Part shown: one piece after another, positions 18,591 to 28,096 of the stretch
How positions within the stretch are numbered: position 1 is the first letter of the stretch
How the letters are laid out: every line of letters starts with the position of its first letter
Source of the DNA: Candidatus Thorarchaeota archaeon
GTDB lineage: Archaea; Asgardarchaeota; Thorarchaeia; Thorarchaeales; Thorarchaeaceae
Assembly: GCA_004376265.1 (NCBI GenBank)
Contig: SOKL01000045.1
Location: 1 to 52,884 of the forward strand
DNA: 52,884 nucleotides
Reading direction: 5' to 3'
The notes under the pieces: model-generated
What the model was told of the DNA's origin: nothing
Database searches by the model: none
What the model saw: only the letters and a program-made list of their open reading frames with translations
Made by a program: the position numbers and the translations under genes

Positions 18591-19709
18591 TTGAAGACCG
18601 AAACTATCCAGATAATGGCAGGAGCAGCCATGCTATCTGCATTCACATATGTTCCAATCCTAGCAAGAGAGAATCTTGGCATCTCGGAGATCCTCATTGC
18701 AGTCATGGTTGGAGGATTTGCCGCTACCAGTTTCATCTCTTCATACATCTTCGGTCGAGCAGGGGATGTCTACGGTCGTAGGATAGTCATTCGGTTAGGC
18801 CTTCTCTTATCCACCATCTCTTTTGGTTTGCTCATATTCTCTTCAAGTTTCGAAACACTGTTCATTATACGTCTGACAAACGGTTTCTGTATCGGAATGT
18901 ATCCCGGAGCTCTTGCAGCATACGCTTTTGAGTCAAAGATGAAGATGGGAAGATTCGCTACCTGGGGTGCTGCTGGCTGGGGGATTGGAACATTATTCGC
19001 TGGTTATGCGGCAGGTTTCAACATCTACTATGCTTTCGTTATGTCCACCATTTTCTTGATTATCGCATTTGGGTCTGCACTGACATTAGCTCCTGTTCAG
19101 CAGGTTACAATGAAGGTGCCATGGTTCCCAATTGAAACATTCAAGCGCAACGCTTCAATCTACATGGCAGTGCTAATTCGCCACAGTGGTGCTTTTGCAA
19201 TCTGGACTTTGTGGCCCTTATTTCTTTATGACCTAGGGGGCGACCCATTCTTGATTGCAGTAGTTCAGGCAACAAATGCTGTTGCTCAGGTCATTTTCAT
19301 GATAACGTTGAGTGATAGGATCAATAGCAAGAGGTTGGTAGCGATTGGATTGATTGCTTCTGCAGTCGCTTTTGCTTGGTTTCCATTTGCAACGAACATC
19401 TTTGAGATTCTTCCATCTCAAGTTCTTCTAGGATTGTCATGGGCATGTCTCTATGTAGGCGCACTGAAGTTTGTGACTGACAACAACAAAGAACGGTCAA
19501 CAGCATCGGGTCTTCTTATGTCAATGTTGTCTCTCTCAGGAATTATCGGACCCATAATTGCAGCGATTATCTATTCGATTTGGCCGGGATATGCACCAAT
19601 TATGTTCTTCGCAATGGCGATGACAGTTCTAGCATCAGTCTTGTTTTGGCGATCCAATAGAAATCAAAGAACTGAGTTAGTTGAAGAATCTGTCAATGAG
19701 AGTTTCTAG
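18591..19709 (+). CDS. MFS transporter
   Basis: FGRAGDVYGRR and LSDRINSK motifs, ~12 TM segments. Confidence 0.9.
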   Translation: MKTETIQIMAGAAMLSAFTYVPILARENLGISEILIAVMVGGFAATSFISSYIFGRAGDVYGRRIVIRLGLLLSTISFGLLIFSSSFETLFIIRLTNGFCIGMYPGALAAYAFESKMKMGRFATWGAAGWGIGTLFAGYAAGFNIYYAFVMSTIFLIIAFGSALTLAPVQQVTMKVPWFPIETFKRNASIYMAVLIRHSGAFAIWTLWPLFLYDLGGDPFLIAVVQATNAVAQVIFMITLSDRINSKRLVAIGLIASAVAFAWFPFATNIFEILPSQVLLGLSWACLYVGALKFVTDNNKERSTASGLLMSMLSLSGIIGPIIAAIIYSIWPGYAPIMFFAMAMTVLASVLFWRSNRNQRTELVEESVNESF

Positions 19710-19767
19710 CTCGAGAGAAGACACATCACATATTTCATTACCATGAATAGATACAATATCAGACATA

Positions 19768-20043
19768 ATGACACTAGAATTTCTTGTCCAACCTGAGGTT
19801 CGTGAGGTTTTATTCCAGCTAGTATGGGGAGATAGATTCGAAAAAGATCTAAAGTCCAATATGACATCGGATGAGAGATTTGATAGTATACGGGACAGAC
19901 TTCACAAAGAAGAATTGGTCTACCTGTTACGTGGTGAGAATAACAGTCCATATCTTTCTTTGACAGACAAGGGTGTGGCTATAATCAACAGACTCTATGA
20001 AATCGAGAGAATTATAGAGGGCGAGGATTCAGATACCGAATAA
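19768..20043 (+). CDS. small winged-helix-like protein
   Basis: RLHKEELV...YLSLTDKGVAIINRL wing motif. Confidence 0.6.
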   Translation: MTLEFLVQPEVREVLFQLVWGDRFEKDLKSNMTSDERFDSIRDRLHKEELVYLLRGENNSPYLSLTDKGVAIINRLYEIERIIEGEDSDTE

Positions 20044-20153
20044 TTCACCACTCTTCAAAACTGTAAGTTTTAGGATAACATATCCTACAATGCACATTAT
20101 TCGTTTCGATTCAATTTTAAGTTAAGCATCTTTGAATAGAAGAAGGTACTATT

Positions 20154-20960
20154 ATGGATGAATCTCATCTTAAAATCCTGAAATGTCCAAAGTGCGGGAA
20201 GAAACTACTCTTCAATGGCGGAATCGCAGTAGCTGATATAGCAGATGGAGAGATTGTGTGTGAGAAGGGGCATACCTGGCCTATCACTCAAGGAATCCCA
20301 TCACTTGTTCATCCTCCAATCAATGAGGAAGATGCCAAATGGATCTCAGATTATGATCAGATGGCTGAGAACTATGACGAGCTAGTCAAAGAATATGATA
20401 CCTGGCTCGGTATCGACATGATGAAGGAACGTGAGGGATTCAATACGTTCATACCTATTGAGGGATCTTGCAGAAGTATCGATGTCAGTATTGGAACAGG
20501 AGCCAATTTCATTGCCCTCTATAATCAATTCAAAGATCAAATGGAAAGGTTCAACCTCCATGGAATGGATCTTTCAACTGGGATGCTAAATGTATCCCAA
20601 CGCAAGTTCAAGGATGCAGGTTTCACTGTGGGTCTGACGCATGGTAGTGTGTTCAACATTCCTTTTCAGAAGAACTTGTTCGATATCGTATTGCACTCAG
20701 GAGGAATAAACACATTCTCAGATATTCCGGGGGCGCTTAATGAAATGCTTCGAATTGCAAAACCAGGAGGAATCATCATTGTGGTTGACGAGGGTCTTTC
20801 TCCTGAGAAGAGAGAAACAGAAGAAGGAAAGGCAATCATCAAAACCAATTCTCTCTTTGCAGCAAAGCCGCCCTTAGAACATATTCCTGAGAAGGCAAAA
20901 GATGTAGAGGTCAACTTTGTCATGAACGAAACTTTCTATCAAATCGTCTTCAAGAAATAG
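20154..20960 (+). CDS. Trm112-like zinc-ribbon domain fused to class I SAM methyltransferase
   Basis: LKCPKCG...CEKGHTWPITQGIPSL; IDVSIGTG, GMDLSTGML, IPF...FD, EMLRIAKPGG. Confidence 0.85.
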   Translation: MDESHLKILKCPKCGKKLLFNGGIAVADIADGEIVCEKGHTWPITQGIPSLVHPPINEEDAKWISDYDQMAENYDELVKEYDTWLGIDMMKEREGFNTFIPIEGSCRSIDVSIGTGANFIALYNQFKDQMERFNLHGMDLSTGMLNVSQRKFKDAGFTVGLTHGSVFNIPFQKNLFDIVLHSGGINTFSDIPGALNEMLRIAKPGGIIIVVDEGLSPEKRETEEGKAIIKTNSLFAAKPPLEHIPEKAKDVEVNFVMNETFYQIVFKK

Positions 20961-21003
20961 ATGATACAATTTCGGTGAAAACACACCGTGTTGATTAGTA
21001 GAC

Positions 21004-21047
21004 AAAAAAAACAGATGAGTGCTCAAGTGGCTTCCCACAAGAGCACT
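21004..21047 (-). terminator. hairpin plus T8 terminator of the micro-ORF operon
   Basis: AGTGCTC-AA-GTGG-CTTC-CCAC-AA-GAGCACT inverted repeat (21018-21047) followed on the minus strand by TTTTTTTT (21004-21011). Confidence 0.6.
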
Positions 21048-21139
21048 TCTTCAACAGTTAATTCTTGACGCTTTGTGGCGTCAACTGAACGGCTCTCGTC
21101 CCGCTGTGTGGTTGCAATGAGTTCGTTGATTGGTGCCAT
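21023..21139 (-). CDS. 38-aa micro-protein (third of three)
   Basis: MAPINELIATTQRDESRSVDATKRQELTVEEVLLWEAT*; ATG 6 nt after the upstream AGG-TAG (SD-like). Confidence 0.6.
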   Translation of the reverse strand: MAPINELIATTQRDESRSVDATKRQELTVEEVLLWEAT

Positions 21140-21145
21140 TGCAAT

Positions 21146-21235
21146 CTACCTGTATCTATAGGAATGGGTGATAGCGTCTGTAGAGATCCGTTTCCTAGGC
21201 TTGAATTTTCTCTTAGCTGTCTTTGCTAGTGCCAT
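21146..21235 (-). CDS. 29-aa basic micro-protein (second of three)
   Basis: MALAKTAKRKFKPRKRISTDAITHSYRYR*; ATG 6 nt after GGAGGTAA. Confidence 0.65.
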   Translation of the reverse strand: MALAKTAKRKFKPRKRISTDAITHSYRYR

Positions 21236-21241
21236 GCTGTT

Positions 21242-21349
21242 TTACCTCCGGTACTGGTATGCATATCCGAGTGCGTAGGTTGTGCGAACCTTCGCAGTCT
21301 TGTTGTTCAACTTCTCAAACTTGTTGGTCATTAGACTCAGGAAAGCCAT
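21242..21349 (-). CDS. 35-aa basic micro-protein (first of three)
   Basis: MAFLSLMTNKFEKLNNKTAKVRTTYALGYAYQYRR*; GTGA upstream, TATA box ~33 nt before the ATG. Confidence 0.6.
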   Translation of the reverse strand: MAFLSLMTNKFEKLNNKTAKVRTTYALGYAYQYRR

Positions 21350-21380
21350 CGTTATTCACTAGGTATTAGCACACTAAATT

Positions 21381-21396
21381 TGTATATAAGGTTTGC
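21381..21396 (-). promoter_or_regulatory. BRE/TATA promoter of the micro-ORF operon
   Basis: Minus strand reads GCAAACCTTATATACA. Confidence 0.55.
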
Positions 21397-21676
21397 GTCA
21401 CCAACCATTTCGGTTATTATCGTTGCTCAAATGTACTATTTATATATGAATGGACCGGAAAACTTCATTGTACAAACTCTTTCTTCCTGAATGCTTCGTT
21501 ATCACCACCAAACTTATATGATTAGTTTGTCAAGAATAATATGAGTTTGTGGTGTTAAACACACTTCTGGTGCGGTTTAAAATCTAAAATCCACAAGAAT
21601 AAACACGAACGATTCCAAGGTTAGTCCGAGTCGCTTGACGAATCGACGGATCAGAAATACATTGGTGAATACTTAC

Positions 21677-22432
21677 ATGGGCGATGACAACATCACAGCG
21701 GAAATCACGGACAACCTCGAGGGAATTGTATTAACAAAAGAGAGCAAGAAAGATCAGAAAGAGATACTCTTTGTGACAAATGACGAGATGGCTGAAGTTC
21801 TTGATGAACTTGTCCGTTTTAATATTCTGCAGGTTTTACGAAAGGGAATCGAGGACACTCTCACTACAAAAATAATTGATGAAGAAACTGGTGATACAAT
21901 CATCAGATTGAAAATCGTCAAACGCAATGCGTTGTCTGTTGTTGAGATAGTGAAACAATCACCAGATTGCTGTGTTGATGGTGAAGAGGTAACGAAGAAT
22001 CAGGTATACCACCATTTGCCCATTTTGGTCAAATATGGGTATGTCATCAAATACGGAACCGTTACAACAGGTAAGCGAACTACGGACTATTACCGAAGGA
22101 CTGCAAAAGGGTTCATGCTGACCAAGGGCGCATGGGGTGCAGAAGAGAAGCGCGTCCGGGAGAAACTCGAAGGATACACTGACAAGATGCTTGAAACCTT
22201 CAATCTGGTCCTCTCGAAAGAGAAACGTGAAGAATTGATACGACTAAGCGTCAAAAGAACTCAAATGCAACATGAGTGGAGAACAAAGATTGCAGAAATG
22301 GTTAGTTTGGATGTAGCTAACAAAGAAATTCTAAGCATGTATGAGATGCTTCTTGATTATTACTCTATAGGATCCAAAGAGTATATGGATACAATCAACA
22401 AGATTAGAGATATTCTCTTTCCTGAAGAATAG
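21677..22432 (+). CDS. winged helix-turn-helix (ArsR-like) transcriptional regulator
   Basis: VRFNILQVLR...LSVVEIV...KNQVYHHLPILVKYGYV...DYYRRTAK; GGTGA SD before ATG 21677. Confidence 0.8.
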   Translation: MGDDNITAEITDNLEGIVLTKESKKDQKEILFVTNDEMAEVLDELVRFNILQVLRKGIEDTLTTKIIDEETGDTIIRLKIVKRNALSVVEIVKQSPDCCVDGEEVTKNQVYHHLPILVKYGYVIKYGTVTTGKRTTDYYRRTAKGFMLTKGAWGAEEKRVREKLEGYTDKMLETFNLVLSKEKREELIRLSVKRTQMQHEWRTKIAEMVSLDVANKEILSMYEMLLDYYSIGSKEYMDTINKIRDILFPEE

Positions 22433-22442
22433 TATGTTGTAA

Positions 22443-22817
22443 TCACACGTGGTTAATTAGCTGAATTGCAGCCTTCATCACATCAATGATTGATAGTTCT
22501 GGTACTGCATGAGGAGCGGCAAAAGCAATTGCCCAAGCAGCTTCGTCAATCTTCACAATGAGTAGATGTCCTTTGTTATCATCAGCAGTTGCGACATATG
22601 AGTCAGTAGATGAGGATATTTTCTTGTATTTCACTCCTCCAACCGACACTTTTGACTTGTCATCCTTGAGTACTTTCATAATGGTGCTAACATCTTCTAC
22701 GAGGTCCCAGTTATCGGTTTGCCAAACAATCGCTCCATCCTTGGTGACTGCAAACGCTTGGATCTTGGAATTGTTTGAGTAGAGTTGATTCCATTCGTTC
22801 CCGATTGTTGAATTCAA
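22443..22817 (-). CDS. Asgard-type profilin
   Basis: AFAVTKDGAIVWQTDNWDL...VSVGGVKY...YVAT..KGHLLIVK pattern of Asgard profilins; GGAGGT SD. Confidence 0.8.
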   Translation of the reverse strand: MNSTIGNEWNQLYSNNSKIQAFAVTKDGAIVWQTDNWDLVEDVSTIMKVLKDDKSKVSVGGVKYKKISSSTDSYVATADDNKGHLLIVKIDEAAWAIAFAAPHAVPELSIIDVMKAAIQLINHV

Positions 22818-22889
22818 AAGAAGACCTCCAGTATAACAGATAAGTAATCGAGGGGATTTGCCCCGTAAACCGTCCCCCAGATTTCTCGA

Positions 22890-23276
22890 TTATATTTTAC
22901 CCCGAAGGGTCTTTGCAGCTCTGTCTACATCTACGTAGACGCCATCTGGCTGAGCGCTAGCATCCGCCCATGCCACAACCCATCTATCGCCAGTAGTATC
23001 TACCTTAGTCAGAATGAGAATTCCACTTCCCTGAATGTTTCTTGCTACAAGGCTTTCAGGGGTAGACCTCATTGTGCTATACTTGACTGAATTCTGCACA
23101 ACTGATGAACTTCTCGATTTTACAGCAGCCATCAGACTGGAGGCCTCCTCAGTCAGGTCCCAGTTGTTGCTCTGCCATAGAACTTGTCCAGATTCAGTGA
23201 TGACACCAAAAGCTTGGACCATATTTCCCGAACTATTGTATGCTTGCGTATATGCATCCATTACAGGATCGCTCAT
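22890..23276 (-). CDS. Asgard-type profilin
   Basis: AFGVITESGQVLWQSNNWDL...NSVKYSTMRSTPESLVARNIQGSG; GGGGTGA SD. Confidence 0.85.
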   Translation of the reverse strand: MSDPVMDAYTQAYNSSGNMVQAFGVITESGQVLWQSNNWDLTEEASSLMAAVKSRSSSVVQNSVKYSTMRSTPESLVARNIQGSGILILTKVDTTGDRWVVAWADASAQPDGVYVDVDRAAKTLRGKI

Positions 23277-23379
23277 GTGAATTCACCCCGTACTTCTACG
23301 GTCAATAGGAACCCTCTACACCTTCTGCAAATAAAGAAATCTTTGACGGGTTAAATCTCCAAACTTCAAGCATACTCTT

Positions 23380-23703
23380 ATGGATTTGTGTAGTCAAGAC
23401 GATATGGCTTCTGTAGTATGGGAAACAGAGCGAGGAACGATCCTCAAGGTCATTGTGCGTCCCAAGTCCAGAGAGAGAGATTTTGTGGTAGAGATTTCAC
23501 CGGAGGTCATAATTATCAACTTGAAGAGTCCAGCTAGAGAAGGGAAAGCCAACTCTGAATTAGTAAAGAGAATGGCGAAGGTGCTCGCGATTTCCACCGG
23601 TAGCATCAAGCTTATTGCAGGTCACAAATCAAAGGAAAAAACACTCTTAATTGAAGGTCTGAGTCCACAAGAAATTGTACAGTGTCTGTCAAATGTGACA
23701 TAG
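23380..23703 (+). CDS. DUF167 / YggU (UPF0235) family protein
   Basis: VIVRPKS...PAREGKANSELV...GHKSKEK. Confidence 0.9.
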   Translation: MDLCSQDDMASVVWETERGTILKVIVRPKSRERDFVVEISPEVIIINLKSPAREGKANSELVKRMAKVLAISTGSIKLIAGHKSKEKTLLIEGLSPQEIVQCLSNVT

Positions 23704-23788
23704 AGAGTTATATACAGGGTTTTGTTGGGTGACTAAGGACATACTTGAATAGAGCCACTAGATTGCTTTTGATTCGGAGAGACCAGCT

Positions 23789-26638
23789 GTGAATGATCGA
23801 ACTAGAAGATTCCTGGGATATATTCTTGCAGGATTCACTTCATATGTTCTCATAGCTATGTTTCTTGGCCGCTTTGCGGAACCAGCTGTCATTATTGCTC
23901 TATTGACATCTTTTGTATTCGTGTGCCTCTCCTTATACAGACCCCCTCCAGAATCACTAGAACTTGTGATTATCATCTGTTTCTCTGTAGTCTATATTCC
24001 ACTTAGCTTCCTGGTTGGCATTTTCTCAGAAATGGTTATCATCGCCATCGCTATTGCCTTAACGTATCTGGCAATCACATCGATGTTTGGACCAGATCAA
24101 AAAAAGGTCCTGCTTGCTGGATTGTTCTTGGCTAGCATAATCTATAGTCTTGTTCTCATGATACAGGGGCGATGGTACCATCTCGATGTCATTATCGCTC
24201 TCAGCACTGCCATCACATTACTCTATTTCACGTTGTATAGACCTCCACTGGAAAAGAGAGAACTAGTACCTGTCATTTTTCTCACTGCAATCTTTTTACC
24301 TCTTAGCTTGTTTGTGGATATTTTTTCAGAGATGACAATTGTGACAATCGGAGGTTTGGTAGTCTATTTGGTTATGACCACTAAGATTAGATCCGAACCA
24401 AGAAAATCGCTACTTGTGGGACTCTTTTCTGCAGGGGTTGTTTATACTCTAATATTGATGGCAGAGGGACGATGGAACCATCCCGACGTCATCTTTGCAT
24501 TTATTCTCGAGATAACTCTGCTTTACCTATCACTCTTCAAGCCACCTCCAGATAAGAAAGAACTTGCAGCAATCACATCTCTAATGCTGATGTATCTATT
24601 TCTAGCTGCATACTTTGCATTCTTTTCTGAAGCAGGGATTATGGCGTTTGCTGGTCTTGCAATATATGGAATTGTCAGGGCTGAACCGAAGTTTCCCCTC
24701 ACAAAACGAGCTTTAGGAACAGGATTGATTGTTGGTATAGTAATGACATTCATGGGCATCTACTTAGCCCTGAAGATTGGTGTTGTGTTCCTTGTAGGAG
24801 CTGAGATGTTAGGAGCTATATTCCTGAGCATATATGGAAGATATACACGAGAAGAGAACGCCATAGTTGTAGCAATCGCAAACTCTTCATCCATGGTAGC
24901 AATTGGAGTGTTACTCACATATCCGGCGATTGCTATCTTCGATACGGATAATCCTCTGTTCAATACCGCACATGTTGCATATGATCCGACGACAACCCTG
25001 ATCTTCATCATATTTACAACTGGTATTAGCGCAGTCTTTGGAATCATACTATTGGCTCCATACAGAGATCGATTCGAAAAGGAAGCTTGGCCTCAAATAC
25101 AACCACAAGCTGAGTTCATAAATTCGATTGGAGGTGACGCTGAGGCTAAAAAATCTGTAAGTATTGGACTTGCCGCATCATGTGCATGGGTGGGTGCAAC
25201 AAAAATCGCCGAGAGTGCAGCGAGTACATCATTGAGCACCGTTCCAAATGCCTTTGCACCCATTATTCCTGCTGCCGCAGCAATTCCCGATTGGATTGGC
25301 ATAAGCAACTCACCAATGATTGCAGGAATCGGTTTCTTCGTAGGTTGGAAGCGAGCTGTCGTAATGGCAATCGGAAGTGTAATTTCAATTCTCATCTGGA
25401 TATTATTGGAAGGGGCAAACGGAGCCCTCGACTATAGTGCTCACCTCAAAAGACCTGAGATTCTGTATTTTGCATTGGGTCTCTTTGTTACTGTAATCCT
25501 TGGAGATGTACTCAGTGGCAAGGGGGAGAAGAATCTCACTCCAGAGGAATTTAAGGAGAAGACACAGGAGACGGATGAGGACGGATCAGTAATAATTGAA
25601 ACTCCGCATAAAACTTCAGAACTGCCGAGAGTTCTGAGAGTCAAAGAGGAGCTATTCTCAATTGAGGTCATCAAAGAAGAGATTCGAGAAATCGTAGATA
25701 ATCCTAGAGAGTACCTTCGCTCAAGGAGGGGACAGATACCACCGTGGATAGCGTTTGTATCAATGGGCATATTCATGGTAATCGGTATAATCTCATTCTA
25801 CATTTTCACACCATTCATGCAGAGTGAAACTGCGCCTCTGCGAATACATTGGCTCTTGTTTATCCTAGGTACACCACTTGCTCTAGTTTCTGCATATTTC
25901 ACAGCTAGAGCTATAAGTGAAACTGGAATGCTTGCAGGATACATTTCGGATATCGTAGCTATTCCAGCTATAATCTTCTTTAGGGTCACGTTTTCGGCTA
26001 TCACTACATTCATGGGGATGTTGGGAGCAGTTCAGGATGCTGCAATTGCTTTGCTAGTTCATCTGAAACTGGGTAAGTTAACTGGTGTACGTGGGAGAGA
26101 TATTTTGAAAGCAGTTTTCGTCGGGTCGATGCTTGGTACAACTATCGGTTCGTTGATCACTTTCCAGATATTCAGTACCTATGGATTTGGAAGCTCTGAC
26201 TTTCCCGCCCCTGCTGCACAACTCTTTGGATTTCTAGTGATAAGTTTAGAAGGACTTGGTGACCTGCGGTTGCCGGGATTGGACTTGCTGGAGGGAGTTC
26301 CTCCATTCTTTGCATTTCTGTATCTCTTTGTTTGGGCGATATGCGGATTCCTTGCTGGTCGGGAGTTGAACAAGAGAGGACTAAGCCCAATCAGCCTTGT
26401 CGTGGGAGTGCTCATACCACCTGCAACATCTGTAACCATTCTAATAGGCGGTTACATCAACTACAGAATAAAGCAAAAACCGAAACCATCAGCCAAGATT
26501 CATGAAAATATGCCACAACAAATCGAAGTGTATGATGCGGGATATAATAATACAAGTCGAATCATAAGTGGTGTTGTTGCAGGTGAAGCTGTTGTGACTG
26601 TGATTTTTGTTATTCTGGGTGCGTTCTTTTTCATCTAG
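23789..26638 (+). CDS. OPT oligopeptide transporter family protein with extra N-terminal membrane repeats
   Basis: LTKRALGTG...YLALKIG, EENAIV, FPAPAAQL and SGVVAGEAV OPT motifs. Confidence 0.85.
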   Translation: MNDRTRRFLGYILAGFTSYVLIAMFLGRFAEPAVIIALLTSFVFVCLSLYRPPPESLELVIIICFSVVYIPLSFLVGIFSEMVIIAIAIALTYLAITSMFGPDQKKVLLAGLFLASIIYSLVLMIQGRWYHLDVIIALSTAITLLYFTLYRPPLEKRELVPVIFLTAIFLPLSLFVDIFSEMTIVTIGGLVVYLVMTTKIRSEPRKSLLVGLFSAGVVYTLILMAEGRWNHPDVIFAFILEITLLYLSLFKPPPDKKELAAITSLMLMYLFLAAYFAFFSEAGIMAFAGLAIYGIVRAEPKFPLTKRALGTGLIVGIVMTFMGIYLALKIGVVFLVGAEMLGAIFLSIYGRYTREENAIVVAIANSSSMVAIGVLLTYPAIAIFDTDNPLFNTAHVAYDPTTTLIFIIFTTGISAVFGIILLAPYRDRFEKEAWPQIQPQAEFINSIGGDAEAKKSVSIGLAASCAWVGATKIAESAASTSLSTVPNAFAPIIPAAAAIPDWIGISNSPMIAGIGFFVGWKRAVVMAIGSVISILIWILLEGANGALDYSAHLKRPEILYFALGLFVTVILGDVLSGKGEKNLTPEEFKEKTQETDEDGSVIIETPHKTSELPRVLRVKEELFSIEVIKEEIREIVDNPREYLRSRRGQIPPWIAFVSMGIFMVIGIISFYIFTPFMQSETAPLRIHWLLFILGTPLALVSAYFTARAISETGMLAGYISDIVAIPAIIFFRVTFSAITTFMGMLGAVQDAAIALLVHLKLGKLTGVRGRDILKAVFVGSMLGTTIGSLITFQIFSTYGFGSSDFPAPAAQLFGFLVISLEGLGDLRLPGLDLLEGVPPFFAFLYLFVWAICGFLAGRELNKRGLSPISLVVGVLIPPATSVTILIGGYINYRIKQKPKPSAKIHENMPQQIEVYDAGYNNTSRIISGVVAGEAVVTVIFVILGAFFFI

Positions 26639-26707
26639 CCAATCTTGTCGATTTGTTCTGCAAGAAGATGTTAGAATTCAGGAAAATCGATTCTAGCTGG
26701 AATGGCT

Positions 26708-28096
26708 TTAACGCTTGAACGTTTCTTCAAGTGCCTTGTCCCATTCATCAACTTCTGTTTCATCAACATCACGTTTCTTCCTTGCTTTAGCTCGTGCTTT
26801 TCTAGCCTTGTCAGCTTCGCGTTTCCTACGATCTAGATCCTTCTTCCTTTCCTTCACGGCTTCTTTCTCTTCTTTTGTGAGTTTTTCCTTTTCAATAACT
26901 TCTCTCTTAGAGAACCAGCTAATGACCATAGCAATAAAGGGAAAGAGTAAGACAATCGGAACAAGGAACAATAGGACAATTTCGGGTTGGAAGAGTTCCA
27001 CGCTTCCTTGTATCCCAATTGGTAGATTGAGGAGTGTGGAAACTACACCAGGACTCATCAATATGAATGATATCGACACAACTGTGAGAAACCTGATTGC
27101 AGAGCCTGTGATAGTTGAGCCAATCACATATGATGATGAAGGTGCTGCAGCCTTTGCAGTCAGTTCATCTTTGGCTTTAAAATCAGAAGCGAATAATTCA
27201 TCAACGTAAATCTGAAGCCTGCGAACATCAGAAATTGCATCAAGATTCTCAAGAGCATCTTGAGTTCCAACCACTTTGCGCTCAATTGCCTCTCTAAGGA
27301 ATGAGAACGCAGTTGCTCCTGTCGTACGGCTCATACCAGTGATGCTGACTTTTTCTCCACGTTCAATCGCATCCTGTTTTCTCGTAGCTTGGCGAAGAGC
27401 TATTAGTTGTTTCTTCAGTGTCTCTTCTCGATCTTCAACGGGTTTTCCAACAGAATAGCTGTATATCATCTGATAACTGACTTCGAGGTATGCAAATGAA
27501 ACAAGAGCCAAGATTTGAGCCGACCTCAGGAGGAACACCATGAAGTCAACAGGGAAGGGGTTCAGGTCAGGAACAATTAGTGACCTAAAAGCTGCAATTA
27601 TGACTATCCCTTGAATCGAGAGGAAAGCGCCACCTACAAATTTATGCTCCATTCGAATAAGTGATTGCACAAATAGTGCAATTCCAACTCCAGCAAAGAG
27701 AAAATACAAGAAGAGAAATGTGTTGTCCCAGAGCGCGAATAAAACTTCCATTACATTTGTCTGGAATGAGGCCCAGACCTCTGTGACATTTGTCATTGGG
27801 CCTGAAACACCATAGGGCTGCATGTACCATGTTCTGAGGACTAATGTGTTATAGAGACCAACAATTAGATCACTTGGCATTGCACCGCCTGCAAAAGCAC
27901 CCACTAGTCCACTAATCATAGTCGTAGTCAGGATGAAAACAAGAAGGGACAGAAGTCGAAAGACTGTTACCACAAAGGTGTAAGGTGCGTCCCAGTGCCA
28001 GAAATCATTGACGTCCAGTAAAGAGTAGACAAGATATGCCATGACGGCAAAAGTGGCGATAGATGCGATACGAAGAATCCACGTGACAGCCTTCAA
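26708..28096 (-). CDS. hypothetical multi-pass membrane protein, last gene of MoxR operon
   Basis: 462-aa ORF with several TM segments and a charged coiled C-terminus; overlaps the DUF58 gene stop. Confidence 0.8.
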   Translation of the reverse strand: MKAVTWILRIASIATFAVMAYLVYSLLDVNDFWHWDAPYTFVVTVFRLLSLLVFILTTTMISGLVGAFAGGAMPSDLIVGLYNTLVLRTWYMQPYGVSGPMTNVTEVWASFQTNVMEVLFALWDNTFLFLYFLFAGVGIALFVQSLIRMEHKFVGGAFLSIQGIVIIAAFRSLIVPDLNPFPVDFMVFLLRSAQILALVSFAYLEVSYQMIYSYSVGKPVEDREETLKKQLIALRQATRKQDAIERGEKVSITGMSRTTGATAFSFLREAIERKVVGTQDALENLDAISDVRRLQIYVDELFASDFKAKDELTAKAAAPSSSYVIGSTITGSAIRFLTVVSISFILMSPGVVSTLLNLPIGIQGSVELFQPEIVLLFLVPIVLLFPFIAMVISWFSKREVIEKEKLTKEEKEAVKERKKDLDRRKREADKARKARAKARKKRDVDETEVDEWDKALEETFKR

